From Chiloscyllium plagiosum (lineage: Eukaryota): DNA of 64,000 nt. The notes beneath the pieces were generated by a model, which worked only from the letters and a program-made list of their open reading frames with translations, searched no databases and had not been told where the DNA came from. Each line of letters opens with the position of its first letter. The first letter of the stretch is position 1. The DNA is taken from assembly GCF_004010195.1 (NCBI RefSeq), contig NC_057744.1, forward strand, positions 9,376,658 to 9,440,657, read 5' to 3'. Shown one piece after another: positions 1 through 14,694 of the stretch. The translations under genes were made by a program, and so were the position numbers.

Positions 1-3000
1 ATGAACAAAGCCAGTGAGAAAGAATAGATAAATGGAGAAAAAAATTCCCTTTTTTAAAAACTCATTAATGCTAACAGCTTAAATAATCTTTCCACTGTGA
101 TGTATATTCATAAATAGAGTGTACTGTTGACACATAAAGCATTATATGTTGTATGTTCTTCTAAACATCAAAGTGTTACTTTCTGTTATATTGATAAGTA
201 TAGAAATCAAAACCAGTAAATTATTAAATCTAAAGTTAAGTTCATCATGAGAAGTTTTGGGTGCACCAAAGGTTAAAGTATATTAAAGGAGCATACAACA
301 TAGATACTCACGGATGATAACAGGCTTGGGAAACCTATAGTTATGAGGACAGACTTGAAATTCCAGTCTACTATCCAGTATATAAAAATCTAAAAGCTGA
401 TTAGGTTTTTTTTAATATAAAGCTTTCTGATAAAGAGATAATTTGTAGATTAGAAATTATAGGCAAGTGATCATCAATTTTAAATCATCACTACAGAAGA
501 AGAGAGATCAGGACATAATTATTTTCTTGGAGGCAGGGACAAATATATTTTAAGTGAAAATTCGGTAAATAATTTTCACAGAGGAAGATACATGAAAATA
601 TAACAAGCCATGGAACTGGTCTTGGTTTTTATATTCACTCATGAGATGTGGGCACTGCTGGATGGACCAGCATTCATTGTCTATCCCGAGCTATTCTTGA
701 GAAGATAGTGGTGAACATCCTTCTTGAATTGCCTCAATCCATTTAGTGTAGGTACACCTACAACATTGAGAGGAAGGAGTTCCAGGGCACGCTTTTGCAC
801 AAAGTTGCATTGCTATGTTTAACTGAATGGTCTTTTTGGCTCTAAATGTCTACGGTTTGATTATCCTACATGATTTCTGCTCTCTAAAGAATGTTTCTAG
901 CTATGTACATTTCCCCAGGAATAGTTTGTTCAATCTACATTATAAATAGCTACTGACCAAAGCGTACAATGAGGAAATTATTGACAGCAACTGTGAAAGA
1001 TATTTATTCTCAGCAAAGGCCACCAGATTTAGAAATGCATCAGGGAATCCTTTATCTCCTTATCAATAGAGATGACAGTGAAAGCCTTCACTAATGGCAA
1101 ATGTGGTTAGAAGTCACAATGCTTCTTTCTTTTTTGAATTTTGTACTTCCTTTTTACTGAGTACTGGCTGGGAAAAATTAGAAATTTTCAAACTCTTGTA
1201 TTATCCCAAACATACTACAAACAGTAATCTATTTCACCATGTTTTATTAGTTTCCACGCAGTAAAAGGAAAATCGTGCATCATACAAATATTGAACTTTG
1301 AGCAAGGGATGTTTGAAGAACCTTGGTGATATCACCCACAACCACCAGAATTTAATATAATTCTATTACCAAAGAAGCTGATTGGCCTTGAATGCAGCAA
1401 GGGAAAATATAACTTCCAATGTGTAAACAGCATGTTTTTACTCTGTTCCTGGAGCATTTATTGCTTGCTGGTAAGTGGTCTTTCTTCTGGAACCTCTGGC
1501 CTACTCCTGATGATTATACTCCAAGAACAGTGTCAGATAGGAAATCCCAATTTATTGACTCAACAATGATGAAGGAACAGTAAAATAAATCAGAGTTAGG
1601 AAGGCATTACAACCACATTGTCACTACCAAAGTGTTTCACTTCACTTTATTGTTGAGCCTGAACTCGGTGTTAGAGACCCATCCCAACACAAATACTAAA
1701 TGGAAATTACACCTGGAAGACAGAATCTCACATTACATTTCACTCAGGAATCAATTCGGCCATCACACATAATTTACACTCTTAAGTTTACTACCGGTGT
1801 GAAGCAATTTCAGTTTTTTAATTAAGCTGTGAAGTGTGACTGTACTGTAGTATCAGTGCCTGATACTATATTTGTTAATTATACATTTACAAAGACCATT
1901 TTCCACTACAGTGATACAAAATTGTTTATAATCAATATGAAAATGGTTAAGTAAACAAAACAAAATGTTTTCCCTCAAGATAAACAAATGCAGTATTTAT
2001 TAAATTCTGCAATAACAGGCATCGGATGACAGATTATATACACATGCTTGAATTGTATCTCTTTCCTCCTACACTTGCACACTATTTATTGAAAAAAAAT
2101 AAACTGCATAAACCTGCTAAACTAAGTTGGACATTATTTAAAGTGAAAACAATCTGGCAAGCAATTAAGGCTTTATTTGATAGTTCTAAATGTTTACTTT
2201 CCAAATATTGTTAAAGAACTACAAAAGTGGAAGAAATGGAAAATGCTTTGCATTAAAATAATGTATCTGCCCACTGCCCACAGTTAAATAGAAATAATGT
2301 TGATCCAAAATTCATGTTGAAGGGTTTTAAGACAAATAAGCTACTTTGACAGCCCTCTCAAAAAGTGAAAAGTTATGTTATTGAAACACAAGATCCCAAG
2401 TCCTATGTTCTCAGCTTCTTTAATCTCTTACCATTTCCATAATTAGCAATACATATGAAAAATAAACTTCAATCAACTGTTTCGCTGCCAATAAAATTAA
2501 GCATGTTGTGAACTAAATTATTTTCTCTGTACTATCTCTTGTTGATTTGCAAATTAATAATCAAACAGTATGTATTTTTCAGCAACCAGTTGTTATAAAC
2601 CAAGTTCAGAGATGAGTGGAGTTCCACCCATTTTGATAAATAACATCAACGAGACCAAGATAACCTTATAAAGGCATACTTACACCAACACGAATAAATC
2701 TCTTGTTTAAAAAGGAATTTGTGTAGTAACTTGAAAACAAACTTGGATGCTGACATTTAAATTAATCTTTGAATCTAAGACCTCTGATGATGCAGAGTGG
2801 TGATAAGATATTTAGGCAAAGAAGAATCCTAGGAAGGAATGGTTTACAAGATGCTCCATGGTTTGACTTGCCTCATCTCCATGAAATATCAAGCTATTGA
2901 TGGGTAAGATAATGATTTTCAATTGGTCCTATTGCCTACATTATAACAGTGGTAATACTTCAAAATACTTCATGGGCTGTAAAGCACTTTGAGATAGGCT

Positions 3001-3059
3001 TGTCCCAGTTATATTTTGCACCTGCATTTTGTGCAGGTTATTGGAGTAGGTGGAAATGT

Positions 3060-3360
3060 GGAGGTGATAATGGAATGGCAATGTCACTCGTCAGGTAATC
3101 CAGACCTTAGGCTAATATCCTGAGGACATAAATTTGAATCCTACCATGGCAGGTGGCAAAATTTGAATGCAACTTTTAAAAAACTGGAATAACCACTGTT
3201 GGCTGCCATAAAAATCCATCTGGTTCACTCGTCCTCAGGTAAGAACACGTGTCATCCTTAATTGGTCTAACCTGCACATGATTCCAGACTCTCAACCATA
3301 CTCTGGTCAACTATGGATGTACAATTCATGCTAGCCTAGCCTGCGACATCCATATCCCAT
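3060..3360 (+). mobile_element. Degraded SINE with LINE-like 3' tail (shark-type family)
   Basis: Contains ...aatgtcact...gtaatccaga...tttgaatcctaccatggcag...aaaatccatctggttcact...catatcccat. Related copies lie at about 15540-15730 and, split, at 55220-55270/56455-56720. Confidence 0.55.
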
Positions 3361-6112
3361 AGAACATAGAATATTACAGGGCAATACAAGCCCTTCGGCC
3401 TTCAATGTTGTGCTGACCTGTGGAGCCAATCTGAAGCCCATCTATCCTACACTATTCCATTTTCATCCATATGTTTATTCAGTAACCATTTAAATGCTCT
3501 TAATGTTGGCGAGTCCAGTACTATTGCAGGCAGTGTATTCCATGCCCCAACTACTCTGAGTAAAGAAACTACCTCTGACATCTATCCTATATCTATCACC
3601 CCTCAATTTAAAGCTATGACCCCTCAGGCTAGCCATCACCATCCAAAGAAAAAGGCTCTTGTTTTCCACCCTGACATCTATCCTATATCTATCACCCCTC
3701 AATTTAAAGCTATGACCCCTCAGGCTAGCCATCACCATCCAAAGAAAAAGGCTCTTGTTTTCCACCCTATCTAACCTTCTGATTACCTTACATGTCTCAA
3801 TTAAGTCACCTCTCAACCTTCTTCTCTAATGAAAAGAGCCTCAAGTCCCTCAGCCTTTCCTCATAAGACCTTCCATCCATACATACCAGGCAACATCCTC
3901 GTAAATCTCCTCTGAACCCTTTCCAAAGCTTCCACATCCTTCCTATAATGTGGTGACCAGAACTGTACACAATACTCCAAGTGTGGCCGCACCAGAGGTT
4001 TGTATAGCTGCAGCATGACTTTGTGGCTCCGAAACACATTTCCTCTACCAATAAAAGCTAACACACTGAATGCCTTCTTATCAACCCTATCAACCTGGGT
4101 GGCAACTTTCACGGATCTATGTACAGTACATGGTCATCGGGATCTCTCCGATCATCTAAACTACCAACAATCTTACCATTAGCCCAGTACTCTTTATTCC
4201 TTTTGCTCCTTCCAAAGTGAATCACTTCACACTTTTCCACAATGAACTTCATTTGCCACCTCTCAGCCCAGCTCTGCAGCTTATCCATGTCCCTCTGTAA
4301 CCTGTAACATCCTTCAGTACTACCCACAACTCCACCAACCTTAGTGTCATCTGCAATTTACTAACCCATTCTTCTACGGCCTTGTTTTAGGTCATTTATA
4401 AAAATGACAAACAGCAGTAGCCCCAAAACAGATCTTTGTGGTACACCACTAGTAACTGAATACCAGGATGAAGACTTCCCATCAACCAGCACCTTATGTC
4501 TTCTTCCAGCTCGCCAATTTCTGATTCAAACCGCCAAATCACTGTCAATTCCATGCCTCCATATTTTGCGCAATAGTCTACCGTGAGGAACTTCAACTCT
4601 TTACTGAAATCCATATACACCATATCAACCGCTTTACCCTCATCCACATGTCTGATCACCATCTCAAAGCGCTCAATAAGGTTTCACAAAACCATGTTGA
4701 CTATCCCTAATCAACTTATTCCTCATTAGATGATTATAAATCCTAACTCATATAACCTTTTCCAACAGTTTACCCACAACCAAAGTAAGGCTCACTGGCC
4801 TATAATTACCAGGGTGTTCTCTACTCCCCTTCTTGAACAAGAGGACAACTTTTGCTATCCTCCAGTCTTCTGGCATTATTCCTGTAGACAATGACAACAA
4901 AGATCAAAGCCAAAGACTCTGCAATCTCTTTCCTAGCTTCTCAGAGAATCCTAGGATAAATCCGATCCAGCCCAGGGGACATATCTATTTTCACACTTTC
5001 CAGAATTGCTAACACCTCCTCCTTGTAGACCTCAATCCCGTCTAATCTAATAACCTGTAACTCAGTATTCTCCTTGACAATGTTGTCTTTTTTCAGTGTG
5101 AGTATAAACAAAAAATATTTATGCAGCGCTTCCCCTATCTCCTCAGACTTCATGCACAACTTCCCACTTCTATCACTGACTGGCCCTAATCTTTCTTCAG
5201 TCATTCTTTTATTCCGGACATACCTATAGAAAGCTTTAGGGTTTTCCTTGATCCTACCTGCCAACAACTTCTCATGTCCCCTCCTGGCTCTTCTTAGCTC
5301 TCTCTTTAGGTCTTTCCTGGCTAACTTGTAACTCTCACATGCGCTAACCTTCACATCTCATCCTAACCTAAGATTTCTTCCTCATGATAAGAGATTCAAC
5401 TTCTTTAGTAAGCCACGGCTCCCTCGCTCAACCACTTCCTCCTTGCCCAACTGGTGCATACTTATCAAGGACACATGGTAGCTCCACATACCAATAGTAC
5501 TCATCCCCTGCAGTTTCCTTCCCCATCCTATGCTTCCTAAATCTTGCCTAATCGCATCATAATTGCCTTTCCCCCAGCAATAAGTTAAAGCCACCATAAA
5601 ACTACCCTGTTACTCTCGCTCTTATCCAGAGTTATCTTTGCTATCCTTTCCTCTACATCTCTGGAACTATTTGGAGTCCTATAGAAAATTCCCAACAGGG
5701 TGACCTCTCCTTTCCTGTTTCTAACCTCAGCCTATACTTCAGTAGATGAGTCCTCAAATGTCCTTTCTGTTACCGTAATACTGTCCCTAACTAACAAAGC
5801 CACACCTCCCCCTCTATTACCATCTTCTCTATTCTTACTGAAACATCTAAACTCCGGAACCCACAACAAACATTCCTGTCCCTGCTCTATCCATATCTCC
5901 GAAATAACCACAACATTGAAGTCCCAGGTACCAACCCATGCTGCCAGTTCACCCACCTTATTTCGGATGCTCCTGGCATTGAAGTAAACACACTTCAAAC
6001 CACCTTCCTGCTTGCCGGTGAACTCTTGCAACCTTGAAACCATAGTTCTGACCTCACTATTCTCAACCTCCTGGACACTGGAACTATAATTTATGTTCCC
6101 ATCCTCCTGTTG
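3361..6112 (-). mobile_element. CR1-clade LINE (HER1-like), ORF2 pseudogene with internal deletions
   Basis: Minus-strand ORFs give the APE endonuclease start (CVYFNARSIRNK...VISEIW), KENPKAFYRY, YMDFSK and LYKPLVRPHLEYCVQFWSP, plus the 3' tail at 3361. Many frameshifts. Confidence 0.93.
3575..3766. repeat. Exact 96-bp tandem duplication inside the CR1 3' region
   Basis: The unit ctgacatcta...ttttccacc occurs at 3575-3670 and 3671-3766. It appears as a 32-aa repeat in ORF 3490..3816. Confidence 0.95.
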
Positions 6113-7735
6113 AATTAATAAATTAATCCCATAAATTAATTTTAAAAATCATGATTGTTATTGAATTGTGGAGCAGACGTGAGGGATCAAGTGGCCTACT
6201 GCTGTTTCTAATTCATATGATTGTTAAAGGCATGCTTAGGTTATGAAAGGCATTATATAAAGCATTTCCTTGAAATGCTTTAACATGCATTGATCATATG
6301 AAAAATGAAAAAGAAAACAAACAAAAAAGAACCTATTGAGCAACTTTGCCTGTTCCAAACAGAACTGTGCATCATTCCACACACATTCAATTGCTAACTG
6401 TCCACTTCTCTAAGTCTGAACAATACATTCAACGTCCCAAAAGATTTTGAACAATAACTTAGTGATGAACCGAAAGGTATCTGAACCTACCACTTCTTCC
6501 TTGGGCCATATCCATCTCTGAAAGTAAGGGAAGAGGCAAGTCAATCTAAACCTGCTGGCTAAGGTATGCATTGATTTTTATGTATTTCCCTAGTCAATAA
6601 AATGTATTCAATATTTCTCCATGAAATCAAGTATAATCTCTACCAGAAGACACCACGAACCTTTACTACAATTAGAAAATCTATCACAATACAATAACAT
6701 TTTGTAGCACTAAACTTTGTTGTAACATATAGACCACGATAATCTGATTTTCATGCCAGCTGTGATAAATCATACATAAAGGAGTTAAATCTCAACACCA
6801 ACTTGCTAAGGAGGTTAAACACAACTCACAGCTGTAGTGCAAAATGAAATTTTACACAATGTAATTTATCTATTCACTTTTTCAGATAATGTTATGCAGT
6901 GTGAAATCCTTTCACTTAGAGCAATACCTTCCTACAACCATTGACATTTCGAATAGATGCCTCAAATAGAGAAAAGTTTTGCAAGGTACAAAGATTGTTT
7001 AAAACGATACTGAGCAGGAATAACGGTAACAGAAAAACTAAGGTGTGTCCTAAGACTAAGTAGTAGAAAGATCTTTCAATGGACTTTCAAAAATCAAGCT
7101 GGTAAAGCAGAGAAATTGGAACTTAGGAGCAAAGTGACACAAAAGACTGAAAGAACAGCCAGTGACCCTGGAGCAGAGAACATTCGAATTAGCAAGAGAA
7201 GAACAAGATGCAAATGGCTGTCAAAGAACCACTGGGTCATGCAAAGATATTATAAGCTCACTGAAACGGAAGGGCATTACCTTGCGGGAATTTTAAAATA
7301 TTCACAAAAATGTTTGTAGACAGTCGACAGGTATAAGGAATGCTGGGTTTGGACACAGACAGTGGCAGTCAAATTGAAATTTGTAGAGGCTGCATTGAGA
7401 AGCTAAGATGTGCAGTACATACAAAGCTGCAAAGGTAAATCTTGTTGTTAAAAGCTTCCATCTCACTGAGGCAATTTAGAATAATTCACAAGCTACCCTG
7501 AAAAATGTGTTCACTTTTTGACAGTTGTGCAAAATTCCACCACAGCAGCTGAGACAATTCACAACATTCTAAAACTTCTCCAACAACAATTCACCCCATC
7601 TCCCAATGAATTCTATAAAATATTCCAGGAGTGGATCCATATCGTCACCAAAACCTACCACTTCTTCCTTGGGCCATATCCATCTCTACACTAAATTTTA
7701 TTTGAATTACATTTGAAATATGTCTATTACTTTTT

Positions 7736-8053
7736 TTTAGATTAGATTAATTACCTACAGTGTGAAAACAGGCCCTTCGGCCCAACCAGTCCACATCAAC
7801 CCTCCAAAGAGTAACCCATCCAGACCCATTTCCCTCTGACTAATGCACCTAACACTATGGGCAATTTAGCATGGCTAATTCACCTGACCTGAACATCTAT
7901 GGACTGTGGGAGGAAACCGGAGCACCCGGGGGAAACCAACGCAGACACGGGGAGAATGTGCAAACTCCACGCAGACAGTTGCCCAAGGCTGGAATTGAAC
8001 CTGGGACCCTGGCGCTGTGAGGCAGCAGTGCCAACCACTGAGCCACCATGCCA
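7736..8053 (-). mobile_element. HE1-type tRNA-derived V-SINE
   Basis: Minus strand reads GGTGGCATGGTGGCTCAGTGG (A box), GGTTCAATTCC (B box), the V-core GGAGTTTGCACATTCTCCCCGTGTCTGCG...CCTCCCACAGTCC and an (AATCT)n tail. Confidence 0.9.
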
Positions 8054-10559
8054 CCTTTCTCGAGATACATTGTTTAAAAACAGGAGCGAAAATATTAGCT
8101 TTGCCATCTACAGTGGCTTGAAAAGCTACACAGTCTGCATCTGAACAGAATCCCAGAGTTCTGCTCCTCTAGACTTAACTGAAGTGGTGGTGAAATTGAC
8201 AAAGTCGAGACTCACAAGATGTAGGTATTGGTCCAAAGCGAAACATAAAAGAGTTTTGTGATCTTTGAATGTGGAGGAAATTTCAGCTCAACTAGGCCTT
8301 AATATTGGCCAATCAGTTGTAACATGCTGCAATTATTTCAGGGTCAAAGTAGGAGGCACAAGGATCAAGGACGAGATAGAAAGTAACGTCGTTATTTTGT
8401 GATAGACTGATTGAAAGGAATTAGTTCACACAGTTTACTATTTTCTTTTCATTTACATATTCTATAAAATTTATAAACTGTTTTAGAAACAAATTTCACA
8501 TAAATGGGAAAGATTGTGAAATATAATTGGGTATCAGGTTGATAAACAGTTACAATAAAATATTCCAGGGATGTTCAGATTTCATAAATCATGAACATAA
8601 ACTTCAAGTTTTTTTAAAAAACTGAACATTCTCATATATAATTTTTTTGCAATACACTGGAGTGCCATTTGCTGTATTGTTCGTAGGTTCCCAGCTGAGG
8701 TTGGGTATAATACCCAAACCTCTTTATGATGGGTCTGTTGCTGTATCTATCCCCACTACTGCTTCTATGTCCTTCTTGTTCTTCCTGCATAACAAAAAGA
8801 AATCTTTAATAATCACACAAGCTCTACCTGTGTGCAGAATTACAGTCAGTGATGTCAGAGTCAGACCAGTAATGATGCAGGAGCAGCAATTGTTTCCCTG
8901 GAAACACCAAAGAGGCAAGCAGGCTGGCTCCAAATGGTAGAGATTTCGTACAAACGGAAACCAGCTTAAACATTAACACTGACCTGTATGTACAGACTTA
9001 AGTCGCAAAAGTACTGAGTTTTGAATTTCAGTATTGCATAGATTGTTACCTTTATAGCATTAAATGAAACCCACAAGATTATGGCACAGCCTGTTTCTGC
9101 CAGCTTTGGTCAAGGTCCCCATCAATCAAACAAAGCAAGAACAAAACATCTAACCACTACATTATAATGCTAAAAACTGACCCACTCAACAGTTACATAT
9201 TTATTCTTGCCTTTAAATTCAAGTTAGAAAATGATGCCAGATTAATGGGGACAAATTAATGATTTAAAAGGAAAAATGCAATACTTCAACTATTACTGGG
9301 TAATAAGCTTGCACAAAATAACTAATGTCCTAGCGTTTTTGTTATCATTGAAGTTATATACTGAATTATTATATTCACCTACTATTGTATTATTGAATAA
9401 TTTAAAGATTAGACCAGAAATTAGAATGTTTAAATCAAATGTTAGCATCTTGATATCAGTTCTATAAATTTACTTGACAATCAAATGACTAGAAACAATT
9501 GTGACATCTCCAGTCTTTGTTACATTTCAATGCTCACAATTCTTGTATCTATAAAACCCATTATGCAAATGACTAATAAAGGGTTTATTTAAGCAATAAT
9601 CAAAAAGTAAACCAATTCTGCTCCTTAGCCTCGGATTTTTAGAAGTTTATTCTACTTAAAAGTAAAATAAATTTAGAATATGGAAATAAATACAGCCCAA
9701 TTCAAATGAGGGATACATTTGGCATCTGCTAACCTCATACCTGTTTTCAACAGTTCTGTTTCATTAAAGCACCACTTAAGACGCTTCTGGTCAGGAATAT
9801 GCTAGCAACTCAAAGTAAGCATTTCACCCATATTTCCTTGTAGAAACATGACAAGGTTTCATTGGCTTTCCTCCCATTTCCCTGAAATCAAAATAAAATC
9901 ACTTCTTAGCAATGCCACAAAATGGAACATTCCATGTCAGAGACAGGAATGAGAAACTGATGTGGATCCTTACCTTTCTTCAAGAAAAGTATATTTTTAA
10001 TAAATCAGTCACAGAATAACATGGGCAATAGCTGTGAACAAGCTATGATGTGGACTACCACTCCTTCTTTCCCACTTCATTAAAGAAAAACAGGAGCACT
10101 GCAATGGGCTTCATTGTGAGAGGCATAACAAGGACAAATGTAAGGTATAAAGGTTAAAACCGTTTCTAACTTCATATAAATTGAAATATCTTCAAGTTTT
10201 TCATTATGCAAGTCATTTCTGCTCCAAAATTCACTAAATTCACTACTTAGAAACATTGATAAGATTCGCTCACAGCAGAGCAAGATGATTCACTATGGGT
10301 CAGTCTTATTCATATCCTAGTGACCAAATACAAAGCAGCACTGGCAGAAGCCGAACAGCAAATGATCAACATGCCTGATCTAAAAGTCACAAAGCGACTT
10401 ATAACTAAGGATAAGAAAGGACAACTTGACTGGGAGAAGAAGAGTACGAAGGAGAGATATTATTAGTGTTGTTGCATCACAAAAGTTTGGTATTCAAAAA
10501 TTTCCAGTTTACAACAATGAAATATATATATATATCTTTTTAAAAATGGCAATTTTTAT

Positions 10560-11430
10560 TTTTTATTTATTCAGGGATGTGGATTTTGTTTGATGGGCCT
10601 GCATTGAGCTAGCTCATCTCCAATTGCCCTTGAGGAGATGGTGGTGAACTTGGACCACTGTAGCCTCTATGATGTAGGCGCACACAATTTGCTTTTAGAG
10701 AGGGAGATATAGTATTTTGACCCAGCAACAGTGAAGGAACAATGACATATCTGATGGTAAGTGGCATGGAGTGGAATTTGCAGGAGGAAGTTTTCCCATG
10801 TATCTGTTGCCCTTGTCCTTCTAGATGACAGTGGTCGAAGGTTTGAAAAGGTGCCATCTTAGGAATCTTGGTGAATTTATGCACCACATTTTATCGATGT
10901 TACGCTGCTGCTACTTTGCATTGGGGGTGGAGGGACTGAATGTTTGTGGATGTGGTGCCAAACAAACAAGCTGTTTTTTCCTGGATGGTGTCAAACTTTT
11001 TAAGTGTTGTAGAAGCTGCACCCATCCAGACAAGTAGGAAGTATTCCATTATGCTCCTGACTTGATGGTGGGAAGTCTTTGAGGACTCAGATGAGTTACT
11101 CACCACAGGATTCCTAGTCTCTGACCTGCTCTTGTAGCCACATTTTTGAAAGGTAGTTTCCATTCAACCTGTTCAAAGATGTTATGACACACCTCTAGAG
11201 CAGGTCAGACATGAACTCAGGCTCCCAACTCAGAGGTAGGCTCACTACCAGTGCATCACAAGAGCCCTCCATGGTATTTTTATGGCTCGGCCAGGACAGA
11301 TTCTGGTCAATGCTAACCTCCAGGATGTTCCTACTGGGGTGGTTGCCATTGGCCAGAATCTACACTGGACTAGCCATATAAGTGCTGTGGCTACATGAGC
11401 AAGTCAGGGGCTACGAATCCTGCAGTAAGT
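10560..11430 (-). mobile_element. Old CR1/L2-group LINE 3' fragment, interrupted by a tRNA-like unit at about 11160-11270
   Basis: ORF 10900..11163 contains QVRSIMEYFLLVWMGAASTTLKKFDTIQEKTACL, typical of the C-terminal part of ORF2 in this LINE group. Confidence 0.7.
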
Positions 11431-11714
11431 TACTAAATATTAAAATCAATTTTGCGATGCATTTTGAAATAAATTCCCAAAACTAAGTTCCAAATTACGA
11501 GGAGTTGGAGATCATACAATAATTGTGAACAGAAGAATAAACTCCATTAAATTATAAAGTATTCCTGTATCTCAACACCACTGTCAATCAACAAAGCAAC
11601 ATTCAGTACTAATAAAGTTTTTATCTAGTTGTCACTTTGTTAACTAACTTTTTCAAAATCAACTAACTGACAATAACATTGGTGTACCCAGTTCTTGAAG
11701 CTCCAGTGAAGAAG

Positions 11715-12075
11715 GTGGGTCTTGTTGCATAGTGTCACTACCTTTGGGCCAGGAGACCCAGGTTCAAGACTCCCTATTCCAGATATGTATTATAACACCT
11801 CTGAACATAGTCATTAGAAAATATCCACAAACTGTTTCTTCTGAGTTCAGTGGCAGTGGTAGTGTTCCAAGTCTGGACCAGAAGGTCCAAGTTCAAATCC
11901 CACCTATTCCAGGTATGTGACCAAACATATCTGAACAAGTTGATTAAAAATATCTACAAAACTGTCCCTTATGGACTCAAGGTGCAGTGGCTGTGTTCCT
12001 ACCCTGAGCCAGGAGATCTGGGTTCAAGTCCCACTTCCTCCATAGGTACATAATAAAATCTCTAAACAGGTTACC
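11715..12075 (+). repeat. Tandem trimer of an approximately 125-130 bp tRNA-derived (SINE-like) unit
   Basis: Three diverged units, each with an A-box-like (g)cagtgg/catagtg, a B-box-like ggttcaag/gttcaaatcc and a ...ctgaaca...tt..aaaatatc tail. Confidence 0.7.
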
Positions 12076-14034
12076 CTTAAAAGAACAATGCTCCCCCATT
12101 TTTAATATTGACATAGTGCAGGTTGTACTGAAGTGCCTAGATAAAGAAAGAATTAACCTGTTATGAATTATGAATTAACCTGTTTCTGCATGGATTTTCA
12201 CACAGAAATCTCCAAAAATTGCTAAAATGTAAATCAATGAATAACAACCATACGTTAAACAATTGTTGGAAGTACTCCTGGCATATAAGCGTTAATACAC
12301 AAGTTATCTTCTAGATATAATACTATTTACAGAAAATGTCTTCCTAACTACTGCATTTACAACAGTACAGTAACTATATCATCATGGTACAGCAATATTT
12401 TTAATGGACACCTACTTCAAAATTAATTTACTAAAATTAATCTTTTAAGGAAGTCATTAACAGATTAGTCTGTTGGCTGGGTGCCGTACATTAAATTTTA
12501 AGTTGTTAAAGCAAGACACCCTTATTAAATTGAACATCATTTACAACATCTGATTACACCAATACAACGATGACAATATTACCACACAAGCACAATTTTT
12601 GCATTGGCTCATTTCTCAGTTCTACGATTGTAATTTCAAACCAAAATAAGTTTGGAAAAGGAAACATAATCCTGACTCCATTTTTACCACATCTAAAAGG
12701 AAAAATAATGCAGCACATACATAAATTTGCTAATTACACAAATAGACAAATGCTCCTATATTTGGGCTCATCATAAAACACAATAAATGTACACTTTATT
12801 GAAAAGCAGTTTGCACTATGGAAATACAACGTTCAATCTCTTTTACAGATCGTATAAACTATTTTTTTACAAATTATGCTGCAGCATGTTTACTGTATGA
12901 AACCTGAATAGCCCAGAACACAGATTAAAGTTTACATCCTTCATTCGTTACTAAAAATACAAATGCACATTAATTGACAACGTTTAGCCCCCTACCCTGC
13001 TTTCTGTGAAAAGTGACAATTGTTTCTCCATTCTACTCTACTTCCAGCAAATCAAAACTGTTCAATTTTATTAAACAATCCACGTATATTGGGAAATTTT
13101 GCCCTATACAATGAGCCATTGCAAGAAGTCATCCCATGTCAGTAGTAATTGCATTCAACACACTAGAAATAAGCAAATACCGTGTACACAAGTTACTCTT
13201 TGGAACTGAAGTAAATATATCTGCAAACAGATCGCTTTAAACTTGTGCACTGTCAATCACTGCAAGCAGCAATCATCAACATGCACAACTTTTATTGAAA
13301 TAAACTCGAGAAATGAATCTGTTTTAATAAATCCCGAATGAATGTGTTAGCCCCGTTTGCCTTTCGGTACATTTCACGCAGTGACGGAGATCGAAATTAA
13401 CTAGGACGTTTCAACTGAACTCCGGTTATTCACTTCAAAAAGCGTGAAGCAGACGGCAACACCAGCCGTTAAACAGTCCCTGAAACTTCTTCCAAAACTT
13501 ATGGGAAGAGAGAGAGAAAAAAAATTCAAAACGGACGGTGGCTGGGTACAAAGGACAGGCCAAATTGACAGCTCTAGCCTGGCGTGACCCCCACCGGCTG
13601 GATAATGTTATAAAGGACTAAATGTGACATTTGGACAAAACCCTTTTTTTGTGAACAGAAATGGGGGGAGGGGTTGACTAACAAAATCCTAGATTTCGGA
13701 AGGAGGTGGGGGGGGGAGAGGAAGGAAGGTGAACAAGACATGTTTCTCCTCACTTAGTCCCATTGACAGCTGTCAAAAAGACACAGGACGGTATAGTTTC
13801 ATTTCCCCAAACCCCCACCCCAACCCCCCGGCCCCCTTCAGCAAGATTCACAATCCATTGGCTTTCAAATAAAGATAAATTTCTCAGCTCAGTGTCAACT
13901 GGAGAGGAAAAGACTGGGAGAAGAGAAAGTGAGAAAGAAAAACACCTTCTCCCCTCAGAAGTAAAAAGAGGGGAGAGTCCAAGCGCCATGAGACCAGATG
14001 ATAGAAGTTGGAGAGGAGGGGAGGCTGATCGTTA

Positions 14035-14694
<660 letters not shown>

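Noticed and set aside
11715-12075. CRISPR-like or regularly spaced repeat array
   Set aside because: Whole units are homologous and diverged with no unique spacers, the context is a vertebrate intron, and there are no cas genes.
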